This document shows positions 1 through 9,569 of a stretch of DNA of 64,000 bases, piece after piece. The stretch comes from Thiobacillus sp. (GTDB lineage Bacteria; Pseudomonadota; Gammaproteobacteria; Burkholderiales; Thiobacillaceae). Under the pieces are notes generated by a model. It made no database searches. It was not told the origin of the DNA and worked only from the letters and a program-made list of their open reading frames with translations. Position 1 is the first letter of the stretch. The number at the start of each line of letters is the position of its first letter. The stretch spans positions 1,870-65,869 of the forward strand of contig JBAVFD010000065.1 of the NCBI GenBank assembly GCA_049588075.1, in the 5' to 3' direction. The translations under genes were made by a program, and so were the position numbers.

Positions 1-411
1 GCGCTAGCCGCCGCCACCGCTCCGGCACTTGCGACCGATGTCGGCGTGTCCATCAGCATCGGCCAGCCCGGCTTCTATGGCCAGATCGATATCGGCGGCT
101 ATCCGCCACCGCAATTACTCTACGGTGAGCCGATGGTCATCGAGCGGGCTCCGATGCATCGCCCGCCGATCTACCTGCGCGTCCCCCCGGGCCACGCAAA
201 ACACTGGAGCAAGCACTGCCACGAGTACAACGCCTGCGGCGAGCGGGTCTACTTTGTGCAGGACAACTGGTACCAACACGAGTACGTCCCGCGCTACCAG
301 GAACGACATGGCGACAACCATGGCAAGCACGGAAATGATCATGGGAACAATGGGAACGGCAAGCACGGCGACGAGCATGGCAACCCGCAAGGCCATGGTT
401 CCAGTCACTAA
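1..411 (+). CDS. Secreted hypothetical protein, 5'-truncated by the window edge, with a His/Gly/Asn-rich C-terminal tail
   Basis: Frame 1 is open from base 1 (ALAAATAPALA-TDVGVSISIGQPGFYGQIDIGG), resembling a signal-peptide end followed by a common betaproteobacterial 'DVGVSISIG' N-terminus; tail HGDNHGKHGNDHG...HGSSH. Confidence 0.7.
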   Translation, partial: ALAAATAPALATDVGVSISIGQPGFYGQIDIGGYPPPQLLYGEPMVIERAPMHRPPIYLRVPPGHAKHWSKHCHEYNACGERVYFVQDNWYQHEYVPRYQERHGDNHGKHGNDHGNNGNGKHGDEHGNPQGHGSSH

Positions 412-511
412 GGCATGGACTTTTTGAGCCATCGCACCACCAGCGGGTGATGGCTCAGGTATGGCGCAGGGGCGTCAGGAAGCCGGGCCTGAAAAGGCTT
501 GGGGCTCGTCG

Positions 512-1606
512 TCAAGCCCCTGACTCCGGGGAATCATTCGTGTCCGGCTCGAGCGATACCGTTTCGTCCAGAAAATGCAGCAATGTGGCAAGGACGGTCA
601 GCAGCACCGGCCCGATGATCACGCCGATCATGCCGAAGGCCGAGAGGCCGCCGATGACGCCGATGAATACGACGGGCATCGACACCGGTGCATGGCTCGA
701 AATCAGGAATGGCCGAATCAGGTTGTCGGAAACCGACACGCCGATGCCCCAGATCAACATGAAGAGCGCCCAGCCCCATTGCGATGTGGCGAGCAGGAAC
801 ACGACCGCCGGTACCCATACAAGCGCGGCGCCACCCACCGGCAGCAGCGCCAGAAGCGCTGTCAGCACCCCGAACACGACGGTGGAGGGCAATCCCGCGA
901 TGGCAAACCCGATGCCGACCAGTGCGCCCTGGATAAGCGCGGTCAGGCCCTCGCCGTAGACCACGGCGCGTGTCGTGTCGCCAATCAGCTTGAACAATTC
1001 CCCCCGGCGCAGGGGGGCCATCGGCACCAGGCGCACCACGCGGCCGAGCAGGCGGCGGCCGTCGCGCAGCAGAAAGAACAGCAGGAACAACATGATGAAG
1101 AAGTTGATGATCATGTCCAGGGCGCCGAGCATGAAGTTGCCGCCCGAGGCCGCCAAAGACTTCAGCAACATCTGGGCGCCGCTTTCCAGCCAGCCATGGA
1201 GCTGTTCGGTTGTGGCGATGAGGTTCAGCCGCAACCATTCGGCCAGGCGGCCGATTAATGGGTGCCGCTCCAGTTGCGTGAGCAGGCTGTCGTCGAAGCG
1301 CAACTGCTGCTGTTGCAGGCGTGCAACCAGTGCCGCGAACTGGCTCGCGAATGTCACGCCCAGACTCACCAGTGACCCAGCGAGTACAACCGGCACCAGC
1401 ACGGTGATGATCCCCGCCGACAGACCGGCGCGTCCCTTCAGCTTGCGCGTCAGCCAGTTCTGCATCGGTGCCAGCAGGAAAGCGAGGCAGATGCCCCAGG
1501 CAAACGCGCCCCAGAAGGGCACGAGCATCCAGTACAGGGCGACGGCAAACAGCACCATGACGACGATCACGAAGTCCTTGCGGTAGAGGTCAAAGTTCAC
1601 AGCCAT
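512..1606 (-). CDS. AI-2E family (PerM/YdiK-like) transporter
   Basis: Multi-TM protein with FFLLRDG, PVGGAALVWVP, DNLIRP and GMIGVIIGP motifs. Start trimmed to ATG 1606 (MAVNFDL). Confidence 0.9.
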   Translation of the reverse strand: MAVNFDLYRKDFVIVVMVLFAVALYWMLVPFWGAFAWGICLAFLLAPMQNWLTRKLKGRAGLSAGIITVLVPVVLAGSLVSLGVTFASQFAALVARLQQQQLRFDDSLLTQLERHPLIGRLAEWLRLNLIATTEQLHGWLESGAQMLLKSLAASGGNFMLGALDMIINFFIMLFLLFFLLRDGRRLLGRVVRLVPMAPLRRGELFKLIGDTTRAVVYGEGLTALIQGALVGIGFAIAGLPSTVVFGVLTALLALLPVGGAALVWVPAVVFLLATSQWGWALFMLIWGIGVSVSDNLIRPFLISSHAPVSMPVVFIGVIGGLSAFGMIGVIIGPVLLTVLATLLHFLDETVSLEPDTNDSPESGA

Positions 1607-1685
1607 TACTCCCACATTCGAGCCAACCACGCCTTGAGGCGCAAGGGGAGCGCGCGGCACGGCCACTGCTCCAGCGTGATCGCGA

Positions 1686-1805
1686 CTCCGCCCCCAGCGC
1701 CGTCACGTCCAGCTCGTGATTGTGCAGGAAACCGGGCCGATCGAGGTTGATCGAACCTGCCGTGGCCCACACGCCGTCGATCAGCGCGGTGCTGGAATGC
1801 GGAAT
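1686..1805 (-). pseudogene. Remnant of the C-terminal PLD domain of a cardiolipin synthase (ClsB-like)
   Basis: Translates IPHSSTALIDGVWATAGSINLDRPGFLHNHELDVTALGAE, matching the HxK(x4)D...GS.NLD motif with the Lys lost. No full-length ORF. Confidence 0.7.
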
Positions 1806-1968
1806 CGCGCCGCGCCGGCCGGCGCCGGCGACGTGATCTCCGTCAAAGACGACATGCGGGTCAAGTGAGCTATAGTTGGAAAAAGTCCCTCGCAGCGCGT
1901 TAGGGTTGTGCGGGACCAGGCGGCGCCTCGCTTGATGCGCTTCGTTAACAACCAGAGGGAAAATATCC

Positions 1969-2298
1969 ATGAACACCCAGAATTTATCTGCCGAGACAAA
2001 CGACGTGACGAAGGAGCAGTTGATCCATGACTTCAAGGTGGTGGTTGCCGATGCGGAAGCGCTGCTGAAGGCCACGGCCGGGCAGGGCGGTGAGGCGATG
2101 ACCGCCGTACGCGCCAGGGTGGAAGCATCCCTGGCCACCGCAAAAGAAAAAATGGCCGATGCCCAGGCGGCGCTGCTGGTCAGAACCAGGGCTGCCGCCA
2201 AGGCGACGGATGAGTATGTCCACGTCCATCCGTGGCAGGCCATTGGCGTCGCAGCAAGTGTCGGCATGGTGATCGGCCTGCTGATCGGGCGTCGTTAA
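1969..2298 (+). CDS. DUF883 family protein (ElaB/YqjD-like, membrane-anchored ribosome-binding)
   Basis: 109 aa with the C-terminal 'DEYVHVHPWQAIGVAASVGMVIGLLIGRR' signature; RBS GAGGGA. Confidence 0.9.
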   Translation: MNTQNLSAETNDVTKEQLIHDFKVVVADAEALLKATAGQGGEAMTAVRARVEASLATAKEKMADAQAALLVRTRAAAKATDEYVHVHPWQAIGVAASVGMVIGLLIGRR

Positions 2299-2305
2299 CC
2301 AGGCG

Positions 2306-2698
2306 ATGGCTGAGGAATCACATGCGACGGCGGGGGGATTGTTTGAATCCCTGAAAACGCTGTCAGTCAGCGTGGTCAGTATTGTCCATACCCGTCTCGA
2401 GCTTTTGTCCACGGACATTGCCGAAGAGCGGGAACACTTGATCACACACTTGGTGCTGGTGCTGGTTGCGCTGTTTTGCCTGGGCGTGGGTGTCGTGCTG
2501 CTGGCGATCCTGATTGTGGTCGTTTTTTGGGAATCCCACCGGCTGCTGGCGCTGGGTGGATTGACCGGGCTTTTCCTGGCAGCCAGTGCCGGGTTGGGGT
2601 GGCTCGCCCTCTACAAGATTCGAACCAAGCCGAAGCTGTTCGCAGCGAGTCTGGCGGAGTTGTCCAAAGACCGGCAGCAACTCACCCCCAAATCATGA
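2306..2698 (+). CDS. YqjE-like membrane protein (phage holin family annotation)
   Basis: TRLEL...EE motif, two TM segments, and the position after DUF883. Confidence 0.85.
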   Translation: MAEESHATAGGLFESLKTLSVSVVSIVHTRLELLSTDIAEEREHLITHLVLVLVALFCLGVGVVLLAILIVVVFWESHRLLALGGLTGLFLAASAGLGWLALYKIRTKPKLFAASLAELSKDRQQLTPKS

Positions 2699-2973
2699 AC
2701 AGGAAATTGCTCCACCTGGCCGAACGCCGCAACCATCTGGTGGCGCAAGCCGCGGCCCAGCGAACAGCGCTGGCACACGACGTGGAGCCGTGGCGTGCAC
2801 GCCTGGCGCTGGCCGACCGGGGAGTGTCGGTGCTTCGTTATGTCGGACGCCACCCGGCCCTGATGGTGGGTGCCGCGCTCGTGTTGGCGCGCTTGCGTCC
2901 GCAATGTGCCGGAAAATCGCTACAGCGCGGCTGGGTGATGTGGCGGATCGGGCGAAAGCTGCTTGTCCGCTGA
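2695..2973 (+). CDS. YqjK-like protein
   Basis: ATG overlaps the previous stop (ATGA); 92 aa 'LAERRNHLVAQAAAQR...HP...' completes the yqjD-E-K arrangement. Confidence 0.75.
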   Translation: MNRKLLHLAERRNHLVAQAAAQRTALAHDVEPWRARLALADRGVSVLRYVGRHPALMVGAALVLARLRPQCAGKSLQRGWVMWRIGRKLLVR

Positions 2974-2984
2974 GTGCGGTCCCG

Positions 2985-4169
2985 TCAGACGGACAGGGCG
3001 GGCCGCTTCTTGCAACGGATAGCGGTGACGTTCAGGGCAACGAGACCCAAACCGAGCAGCAAGATGGTCGACGGTTCGGGCACTGCGGAGAGTTTCCCGA
3101 ATAAACCGTCCGTCTCGCCATTGGGACCCGCAGTGAAAAACAGCTCATTGCTCAACCCGGCGAGCACACCATTTCCGAAGCCCAGCGCCCACAACCCATC
3201 GATCAGGATCGGGTTGCCTTTGCCATCCTTGAGCGTGCCGAGCAAGGCTCCGGTCAGGGGGTCGAAGGCATTGATCAGCCCATCGCCAAAATTTCCCACC
3301 AGCAGGTCGTTGCTGAACTCGCCAAAATCTGCAGGCGCAAGAACCACCCCCCAGGGGGAATCCAGGACCCCGCCCGAGATCAGGTGCTTCTGCAGATTGC
3401 CGCTGGTATCGAAGACGTCAACATAACCATGGCCCGCCCCCGCGACGTCGTCCTGCGCATTCGCATCCTGCTGGGCATAGGTGACATAAAGCTTGCCGCC
3501 CAGGTTCTGGATGTTGAACGGCGCGTAGCCTGCCGGCAGATTCGGATCGGTGAAGGCGCCAGGCAGGAAGGCGGGTGCAAAGGTGCTGTTGTAGACATCA
3601 ATGGAGCCGGCGTGGAAATTGGCGGCATAAAGAAATGTGTCCGCACCAGTGCTGCCGATGGCCAGTCCCTTGTAGATGGCGCCCGCGGCCGTGTTGTTCA
3701 CCACGAGTTCGGCCGTGGTTCCCAGCGCGCCCCTCCACCCGGCGATCGTGCCGTCTTCGGTAGCGAAGAGGAACCGGTCACCATTGAAACCCGCCCCGCC
3801 GTTGAATACCTGGCCAGTGGGTCTGGCTGTGCCGCCTGCTGCTGCGGAAGGGATGGTTACGGTCAGGGCTTGTTTGCTACCCGACCCGTTATAAAGGGTG
3901 GAAACACCCGTGCCATTGTCCGAAATCCAGAACGGGCTGGTAGCGCTGTAAGCCATGCCCCAGGGGTTGACGAGATTGGGGTCGGTGAAGGCGGCCTGGC
4001 CAGAAACATTGGACACCAGATTCGTTTGCATATAGCCGGCGTGTGCGGGGATGGAGAAGACCCCGGCCAGCATCAGGCCCGCAGCGGCCAGCCTGAAATC
4101 AAGCATGAACGGCCTTTGGACGGTGGGTGTTTTCGGATGACGCCCGGCATTGGTAATCTCATGCTTCAT
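2985..4169 (-). CDS. TIGR03118-family beta-propeller-like exported protein with PEP-CTERM sorting signal
   Basis: QTNLVS, DPNLVNPWG, LLVGNFGDG.INAFD and FFTAGPNGE motifs; C-terminal VPEPSTILLLGLGL plus basic tail; RBS GAGGAGG before ATG 4169. Confidence 0.9.
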   Translation of the reverse strand: MKHEITNAGRHPKTPTVQRPFMLDFRLAAAGLMLAGVFSIPAHAGYMQTNLVSNVSGQAAFTDPNLVNPWGMAYSATSPFWISDNGTGVSTLYNGSGSKQALTVTIPSAAAGGTARPTGQVFNGGAGFNGDRFLFATEDGTIAGWRGALGTTAELVVNNTAAGAIYKGLAIGSTGADTFLYAANFHAGSIDVYNSTFAPAFLPGAFTDPNLPAGYAPFNIQNLGGKLYVTYAQQDANAQDDVAGAGHGYVDVFDTSGNLQKHLISGGVLDSPWGVVLAPADFGEFSNDLLVGNFGDGLINAFDPLTGALLGTLKDGKGNPILIDGLWALGFGNGVLAGLSNELFFTAGPNGETDGLFGKLSAVPEPSTILLLGLGLVALNVTAIRCKKRPALSV

Positions 4170-4456
4170 GTTTTCCTCCTCGACCCTGGGGCCATTGTGA
4201 ATGTCGGATTGGCTTATCGACAGCCATAAAGCGCGATGTGCTTCTCAGGGCACATGGTTTTCTTCGCCTCTCACATGGACGCCTGTGTCCTGGCAGCCCG
4301 ATTTATATTCATAGCAGGCTTGGGTTGTTTTGCTTGGCGCGTTCAAGCTGTATGCGCCAATGCGGTCAATCCTGAAATGGTGCGCAAGGTGATTAGCGCG
4401 CGGGACACCTGTTTCATGGCATCCTTGAGCGGAGCGGAAAACGCCAAGGACGTGAC

Positions 4457-5485
4457 ATGAAAAGCAAACTCATCCCGATCATCGCAGCAGTCATCGCCGT
4501 GCTGGCCGGCGTCGGCTGGTTCCGTCACAACGGGAAGCCGGTGCCGACCGAACTGACCCTGCACGGCAACATGGACATCCGCCAGGTGGAACTGGCCTTC
4601 AACGCCAGCGGCCGCATCGACCAGATCCGGGTGCGAGAGGGTGATCGGGTGAAAGCGGGGCAGTTGCTGGCCAGTCTGGACACCGAGCGACTGCGTCTGT
4701 CCCTGGGCCAGGCCGATGCCCAGACGGCTGCCCAGCGTCAGGTGGTAGCCCGCTACCTGGCAGGCTCCCGCCCCGAGGAAATCAGTCAGGCGCGCGCCCA
4801 GCGGGACGCTGCCCGGGTGTCGGTGGCGGACGCCGAAGCCTATTACCGGCGCCAGCAGGATCTGGTGGAAAAGAACTTCGTTTCCCGCCAGCAGACGGAT
4901 ACCGCGAAATTTGCCCTGAACAAGGCGCGGGCCCAGTTGAAGTCTGCCGAAGAAACCGTGCGCCTGGCCGAGTTGGGTCCGCGCAAGGAGGACATCGCCG
5001 CCGCCCGGGCATCCCTGGCGGCCAACGAGGCGGCCGCAGCCGTGATCAAGCACGATCTCCAGGAAGGCGAACTGCACGCCCCATCGGATGGCGTGATCGA
5101 GAACCGCATCCTGGAGCCGGGCGATATGGCCTCGCCGCAGAAACCGGTATTCACCCTGGCGCTGACCGACCCAGTCTGGGTGCGCACCTGGTTGCCCGAG
5201 ACCGATCTGGGCCGCGTGCCGGTCGGCGCCCGCGCCTGGGTGCATACCGACAGCCATCCGGACAAGCGCTACCGTGCCTGGGTCGGCTACGTTTCCCCCA
5301 GTGCCGAGTTCACTCCGAAATCGGTCGAGACCGCCGAGATCCGTTCCAGCCTGGTGTATCAGGCCCGGGTGTTCGTGTGCGAGGGACAGGGCGAACTGCG
5401 TCTGGGCATGCCTGCCACCGTGACCCTTCCCCTGGACCAGGCGGCGCCGGCTCAGGGGACCGACCCCTGCCGGGACGGCAAGTGA
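4457..5485 (+). CDS. HlyD-family periplasmic adaptor (YbhG-like)
   Basis: N-terminal TM, lipoyl-type G.V..G..LA, coiled coil and AEFTPKSVET motif. Confidence 0.9.
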   Translation: MKSKLIPIIAAVIAVLAGVGWFRHNGKPVPTELTLHGNMDIRQVELAFNASGRIDQIRVREGDRVKAGQLLASLDTERLRLSLGQADAQTAAQRQVVARYLAGSRPEEISQARAQRDAARVSVADAEAYYRRQQDLVEKNFVSRQQTDTAKFALNKARAQLKSAEETVRLAELGPRKEDIAAARASLAANEAAAAVIKHDLQEGELHAPSDGVIENRILEPGDMASPQKPVFTLALTDPVWVRTWLPETDLGRVPVGARAWVHTDSHPDKRYRAWVGYVSPSAEFTPKSVETAEIRSSLVYQARVFVCEGQGELRLGMPATVTLPLDQAAPAQGTDPCRDGK

Positions 5486-7266
5486 ACGGAACGGCCATGG
5501 ACGCCGCCCCCATCCTGATGGCCGCGGATCTGGCCAAGGCCTTCAGCGCCGGCGGCCGGCGCACGCAGGCCCTGGACGGGGTAAGTTTCGCGATCCGCCC
5601 CGGCGTGGTGACCGGCCTGATCGGCCCGGACGGCGCGGGCAAGACCACCCTGATGCGCCTGGCGGCCGGGCTGCTGGTGCCCGACGCCGGCAGCATTCAT
5701 GCCCTCGGTCTGGATTCCACCCGCGACTCCCTCGCGGTGCAGGCCGCCCTGGGCTACATGCCCCAGCGCTTCGGCCTGTACGAGGACCTCACCGTGCAGG
5801 AGAACCTCGACCTCTATGCCGACCTGCAAGGGGTGCCCAAAGCGGCGCGCGCCGAGCGCTATGGCGAGCTGATGCACATGACCGGCCTCGCCGCCTTCAC
5901 CCGCCGCCTGGCCGGCCGGCTGTCCGGGGGAATGAAGCAGAAGCTCGGCCTGGCCTGCACCCTGGTGCGGGCGCCGCGGCTGCTGCTGCTGGACGAACCC
6001 ACCGTGGGGGTGGATCCGGTGTCCCGCCGCGAACTGTGGGCCATCGTCGACCGCTTGGTGAAGGGCGAGGGCATGAGCGTGCTGTTGTCCACCGCCTATC
6101 TCGACGAGGCGGAACGCTGCCAGGAAGTCATCCTGCTGCACGAGGGCAAGATTCTGGAGCAGGGTCCGCCGGAGGCAATCAGCGCCCGCATGACGGGGCG
6201 TACCTGGGCAGTCAGCGCTCCCGGCGAGCGCCCGCGCAATCTGCAGGCCAAACTGTCAGGCCAGCCCGGCGTGGTGGATGCCCTGGTCCAGGGCGATCAC
6301 GTGAGGCTGGTGACGCAGGCGCCGGGCGACCCGGTGCAACTGGCACGGCTGCCCGGCCTGCAGGACACCCACACCCAGGCCGTGCCCCCGCGTTTCGAGG
6401 ACGGCTTCATCGATCTGCTGCGTGCCCGCATCGGGACAGCCGCACCCGTTCACGGCGGCACGCTGGTCGATGGTCTGGATCGGCGCGCCAGCGTTGCGGC
6501 GGGCGACGCGCCCGTCATCGAAGTGGCGGGGCTGCGCCGCCGCTTCGGCAATTTCTGGGCGGTGGACGGGGTGAATTTCCAGGTGCGGCGGGGCGAGATT
6601 TTCGGCCTGCTGGGTGCCAACGGTGCCGGCAAGTCCACCACCTTCCGCATGCTCTGCGGCCTGCTGCCCGCCAGCGCCGGCACCCTGCGGGTGGCGGGGC
6701 TGGACCTGCGCCACGCGGCCTCGGCAGCGCGGGCACGCATCGGCTACATGTCGCAGAAGTTTTCCCTCTATGGCAACCTGAGCGTGGTCCAGAATCTCGA
6801 TTTCTTCGCCAGCGCCTATGGCCTCGCAGCGCGCGCGCGCCAGGCGCGGCAGGAATGGGCGCTGACGGAATTCGAACTGGAACAGCACGCCGGGCAACTT
6901 TCCACGGACCTGTCGCTCGGCTACAAGCAGCGCCTGGCCATGGCCTGCGCGCTGATGCACCAGCCGGAGATCCTGTTCCTGGACGAGCCCACCTCGGGGG
7001 TCGACCCCCTGGCCCGGCGGGAGTTCTGGCAGCGCATCAATGCCCTGGCCCGTGCCGGGGTGACGGTGCTGGTCACCACCCATTTCATGGAAGAAGCGGA
7101 ATACTGCGACCGCGTGGCCATCATGGCCGCCGGCCGTATCCTGGCGATGGACGAGCCGGCCGCGCTCAAGGCCGGCGCCCGCTCCCCCGAGCACCCCGAA
7201 CCCAGCATGGAGGACGCCTTCATCCAACTGGTGGAGGGGGACGTGGCGCGGGAGGCTGCGGCATGA
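5482..7266 (+). CDS. Double-domain ABC ATPase (YbhF-like)
   Basis: Two Walker A motifs (GPDGAGKT, GANGAGKS), LSGGMKQKL signature and two LDEPT motifs. GTG 5482 overlaps the upstream stop; ATG 5497 is an alternative start. Confidence 0.9.
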   Translation: MNGTAMDAAPILMAADLAKAFSAGGRRTQALDGVSFAIRPGVVTGLIGPDGAGKTTLMRLAAGLLVPDAGSIHALGLDSTRDSLAVQAALGYMPQRFGLYEDLTVQENLDLYADLQGVPKAARAERYGELMHMTGLAAFTRRLAGRLSGGMKQKLGLACTLVRAPRLLLLDEPTVGVDPVSRRELWAIVDRLVKGEGMSVLLSTAYLDEAERCQEVILLHEGKILEQGPPEAISARMTGRTWAVSAPGERPRNLQAKLSGQPGVVDALVQGDHVRLVTQAPGDPVQLARLPGLQDTHTQAVPPRFEDGFIDLLRARIGTAAPVHGGTLVDGLDRRASVAAGDAPVIEVAGLRRRFGNFWAVDGVNFQVRRGEIFGLLGANGAGKSTTFRMLCGLLPASAGTLRVAGLDLRHAASAARARIGYMSQKFSLYGNLSVVQNLDFFASAYGLAARARQARQEWALTEFELEQHAGQLSTDLSLGYKQRLAMACALMHQPEILFLDEPTSGVDPLARREFWQRINALARAGVTVLVTTHFMEEAEYCDRVAIMAAGRILAMDEPAALKAGARSPEHPEPSMEDAFIQLVEGDVAREAAA

Positions 7267-8399
7267 ACGCTCCCCCGCGTGGCGGCAGTCTGATGCGGCT
7301 GCAAGGCCTGGTGCGCAAGGAATTCCTGCAGATCGTGCGCGATCCGAGCAGCATCGCCATCGCCTTCGTCATGCCGATTTTCCTGCTGGTGCTGTTCGGC
7401 TACGGGGTGTCGCTGGACGCCGATCATGTGCCGGTGGCCCTGGTGGCGGAGGAACCCTCGCCGGATACGGCGGATTTTCTGGCCAGCCTGGAGAGCAGCC
7501 ACTACTTCGCGCCGGTGCGTGCCCTGACCCTGGCCGGGGCGGAGCAGGCGCTGCGCGAAGGGCAGGTGAGGGCCATCGTGCACCTGCGCGCCAACTTTGC
7601 CGAACAACTGCGGCGTCCCGGCGGCGCCCCCATCCAGGTCATCGTCAACGGGGTGGACGCCAATACCGCTCGCCTCACCCAGGGCTACGTCGAAGGCGCC
7701 TGGGGCAACTGGCTGGCCCGCCGCGCGGCGGGCAGGGGACAGGAGCTGACCACGCCGGTGCAACTGGAGCAGCGGGTATGGTTCAACAGCGAACTGCGAA
7801 GCCGCAACTTCCTGGTGCCGGGCCTGGTGGCCATCATCATGACCCTGATCGGCACCCTGCTCACCGCCCTGGTCATGGCGCGGGAATGGGAGCGGGGGAC
7901 CCTGGAGGCGCTGCTGGTGACCCCGGCCAGCATGAGCGAAGTGCTGCTGGGCAAGATCATCGCCTACTTCACCCTCGGCACCGGCGGCATGCTGCTCACC
8001 GTGGGCCTGGCGGTGGGGCTGTTCGACGTACCGCTGCGCGGCTCGTTCTGGCTGCTGTGGACGTGCGCCTCGCTGTTCCTGCTGGCGGCGCTGGGCATGG
8101 GCCTGGCGATCTCCGCGGTGGCGCGCAACCAGTTCGTGGCGGGGCAGGTCGCCATCATCGGCACCTTCCTGCCCGCCTTCCTGCTGTCCGGCTTCATCTT
8201 CGACATCGACAGCATGCCGCCGGTGGTGCAGGCCGTCACCCATGTCATCGTCGCGCGCTATTTCGTGTCCATCGTGCAGACGCTGTTCCTGGCGGGGGAC
8301 GTGTGGGCGGTGGTGCTGCCCAATGCCATGGCCTTGCTGATCATGGCGACCATCTTCCTCGGCATCACCTGGCGCAAGTCCCGGAAGCGGCTCGAATGA
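7263..8399 (+). CDS. ABC-2 type permease (YbhS-like)
   Basis: KEFLQIVRDP, AREWERGTLEALLVTP and multiple TM segments; ATGA overlap. Confidence 0.9.
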   Translation: MNAPPRGGSLMRLQGLVRKEFLQIVRDPSSIAIAFVMPIFLLVLFGYGVSLDADHVPVALVAEEPSPDTADFLASLESSHYFAPVRALTLAGAEQALREGQVRAIVHLRANFAEQLRRPGGAPIQVIVNGVDANTARLTQGYVEGAWGNWLARRAAGRGQELTTPVQLEQRVWFNSELRSRNFLVPGLVAIIMTLIGTLLTALVMAREWERGTLEALLVTPASMSEVLLGKIIAYFTLGTGGMLLTVGLAVGLFDVPLRGSFWLLWTCASLFLLAALGMGLAISAVARNQFVAGQVAIIGTFLPAFLLSGFIFDIDSMPPVVQAVTHVIVARYFVSIVQTLFLAGDVWAVVLPNAMALLIMATIFLGITWRKSRKRLE

Positions 8400-8412
8400 C
8401 GGGGAAGCGTTC

Positions 8413-9522
8413 ATGCTGATTCGCCTGCTGGCGCTGATCCACAAGGAGTTCCTGGCCCTGCTCAAGGATCCCCGCAGCCGCATGGTGCTCATCGTGCCGC
8501 CGATGATCCAGCTGCTGGTGTTCGGCTACGCCGCCACCTTCGACCTGAAGGACATTCCCTACGCCCTCTACAACGAGGACCGCGGCGCGGCGTCGCGCGA
8601 CATGGTGGCGGATTTCGACGGCGCGCCCGCCTTTCGCCGCGTGGCCACGTTGCATTCAGAAGACGAGATCGCCCCGCGGGTGGACAGGCGCGACGTGCTG
8701 GTGGTGCTCCACATCGGTCCGCGTTTCAGCGCCGACCTGCAGTCGCGCGGCAGCGCGCCGGTACAGGTCATCGTCGACGGGCGCAACTCCAACACTGCGA
8801 TGATCACCCTGAATTACGTGCGCGCCATCGTCGATCGCTACAACCGGGAATGGATCGGGTCCCACGGCCTGCAGGCCCCGCCCGCGCGCCTGGAGAGCCG
8901 GGCCTGGTTCAATCCCAACCTGGAAAGCCGCTGGTTCTTCATCCCCGGCATCGTGGGCATGCTCACCCTGGTGACCACCATGCTGGTGACGGCGCTCACC
9001 GTGGCGCGGGAGCGGGAGCAGGGCACCTTCGACCAGTTGCTGGTCACGCCGCTGCGGCCCGGCGAAATCCTGCTGGGCAAGGCGCTGCCGGGATTCCTCA
9101 TCGGCATGGTCCAGGGCACGGTGATCCTGCTGATCGCCACCCTGTGGTTCAAGGTCCCGCTGCTGGGCAGCCTGCCCGCCCTCTATTCCGGGCTCGCCCT
9201 GTTCCTGCTCTCGGGGGTGGGCGCCGGACTGCTCATCTCCTCGCTGGCGGTGACCCAGCAGCAGGGCCTGCTGGGCGCCTTCCTGTTCATGGTGCCGGCG
9301 GTGATCCTGTCCGGCTTCGCCACGCCGATCGCCAACATGCCCCCGCTCGTGCAAACCATCACCCTGATCGACCCGTTGCGCTACTTCCTGGTGATCCTGC
9401 GCAAGGTTTTCCTGGAAGGGGCCGGCTTCGACGTCCTGACGAGCCAGCTGTGGCCCATGGCGCTGATCGGTGTGGTGGCCCTGAGCCTGGCCAGCTGGCT
9501 GTTCCGGCACCGCATGTACTAA
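8413..9522 (+). CDS. ABC-2 type permease (YbhR-like)
   Basis: KEFLALLKDP, AREREQGTFDQLLVTP and multiple TM segments. Confidence 0.9.
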   Translation: MLIRLLALIHKEFLALLKDPRSRMVLIVPPMIQLLVFGYAATFDLKDIPYALYNEDRGAASRDMVADFDGAPAFRRVATLHSEDEIAPRVDRRDVLVVLHIGPRFSADLQSRGSAPVQVIVDGRNSNTAMITLNYVRAIVDRYNREWIGSHGLQAPPARLESRAWFNPNLESRWFFIPGIVGMLTLVTTMLVTALTVAREREQGTFDQLLVTPLRPGEILLGKALPGFLIGMVQGTVILLIATLWFKVPLLGSLPALYSGLALFLLSGVGAGLLISSLAVTQQQGLLGAFLFMVPAVILSGFATPIANMPPLVQTITLIDPLRYFLVILRKVFLEGAGFDVLTSQLWPMALIGVVALSLASWLFRHRMY

Positions 9523-9569
9523 GGGGGCGCCGATCCGAGGCCACTGTGAGGACGGCCTCCCGCGATCAG

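Noticed and set aside
1590..2267. 225-aa minus-strand ORF
   Set aside because: It is mostly antisense to the DUF883 gene; only the short ClsB-like segment is meaningful and is listed as a pseudogene.
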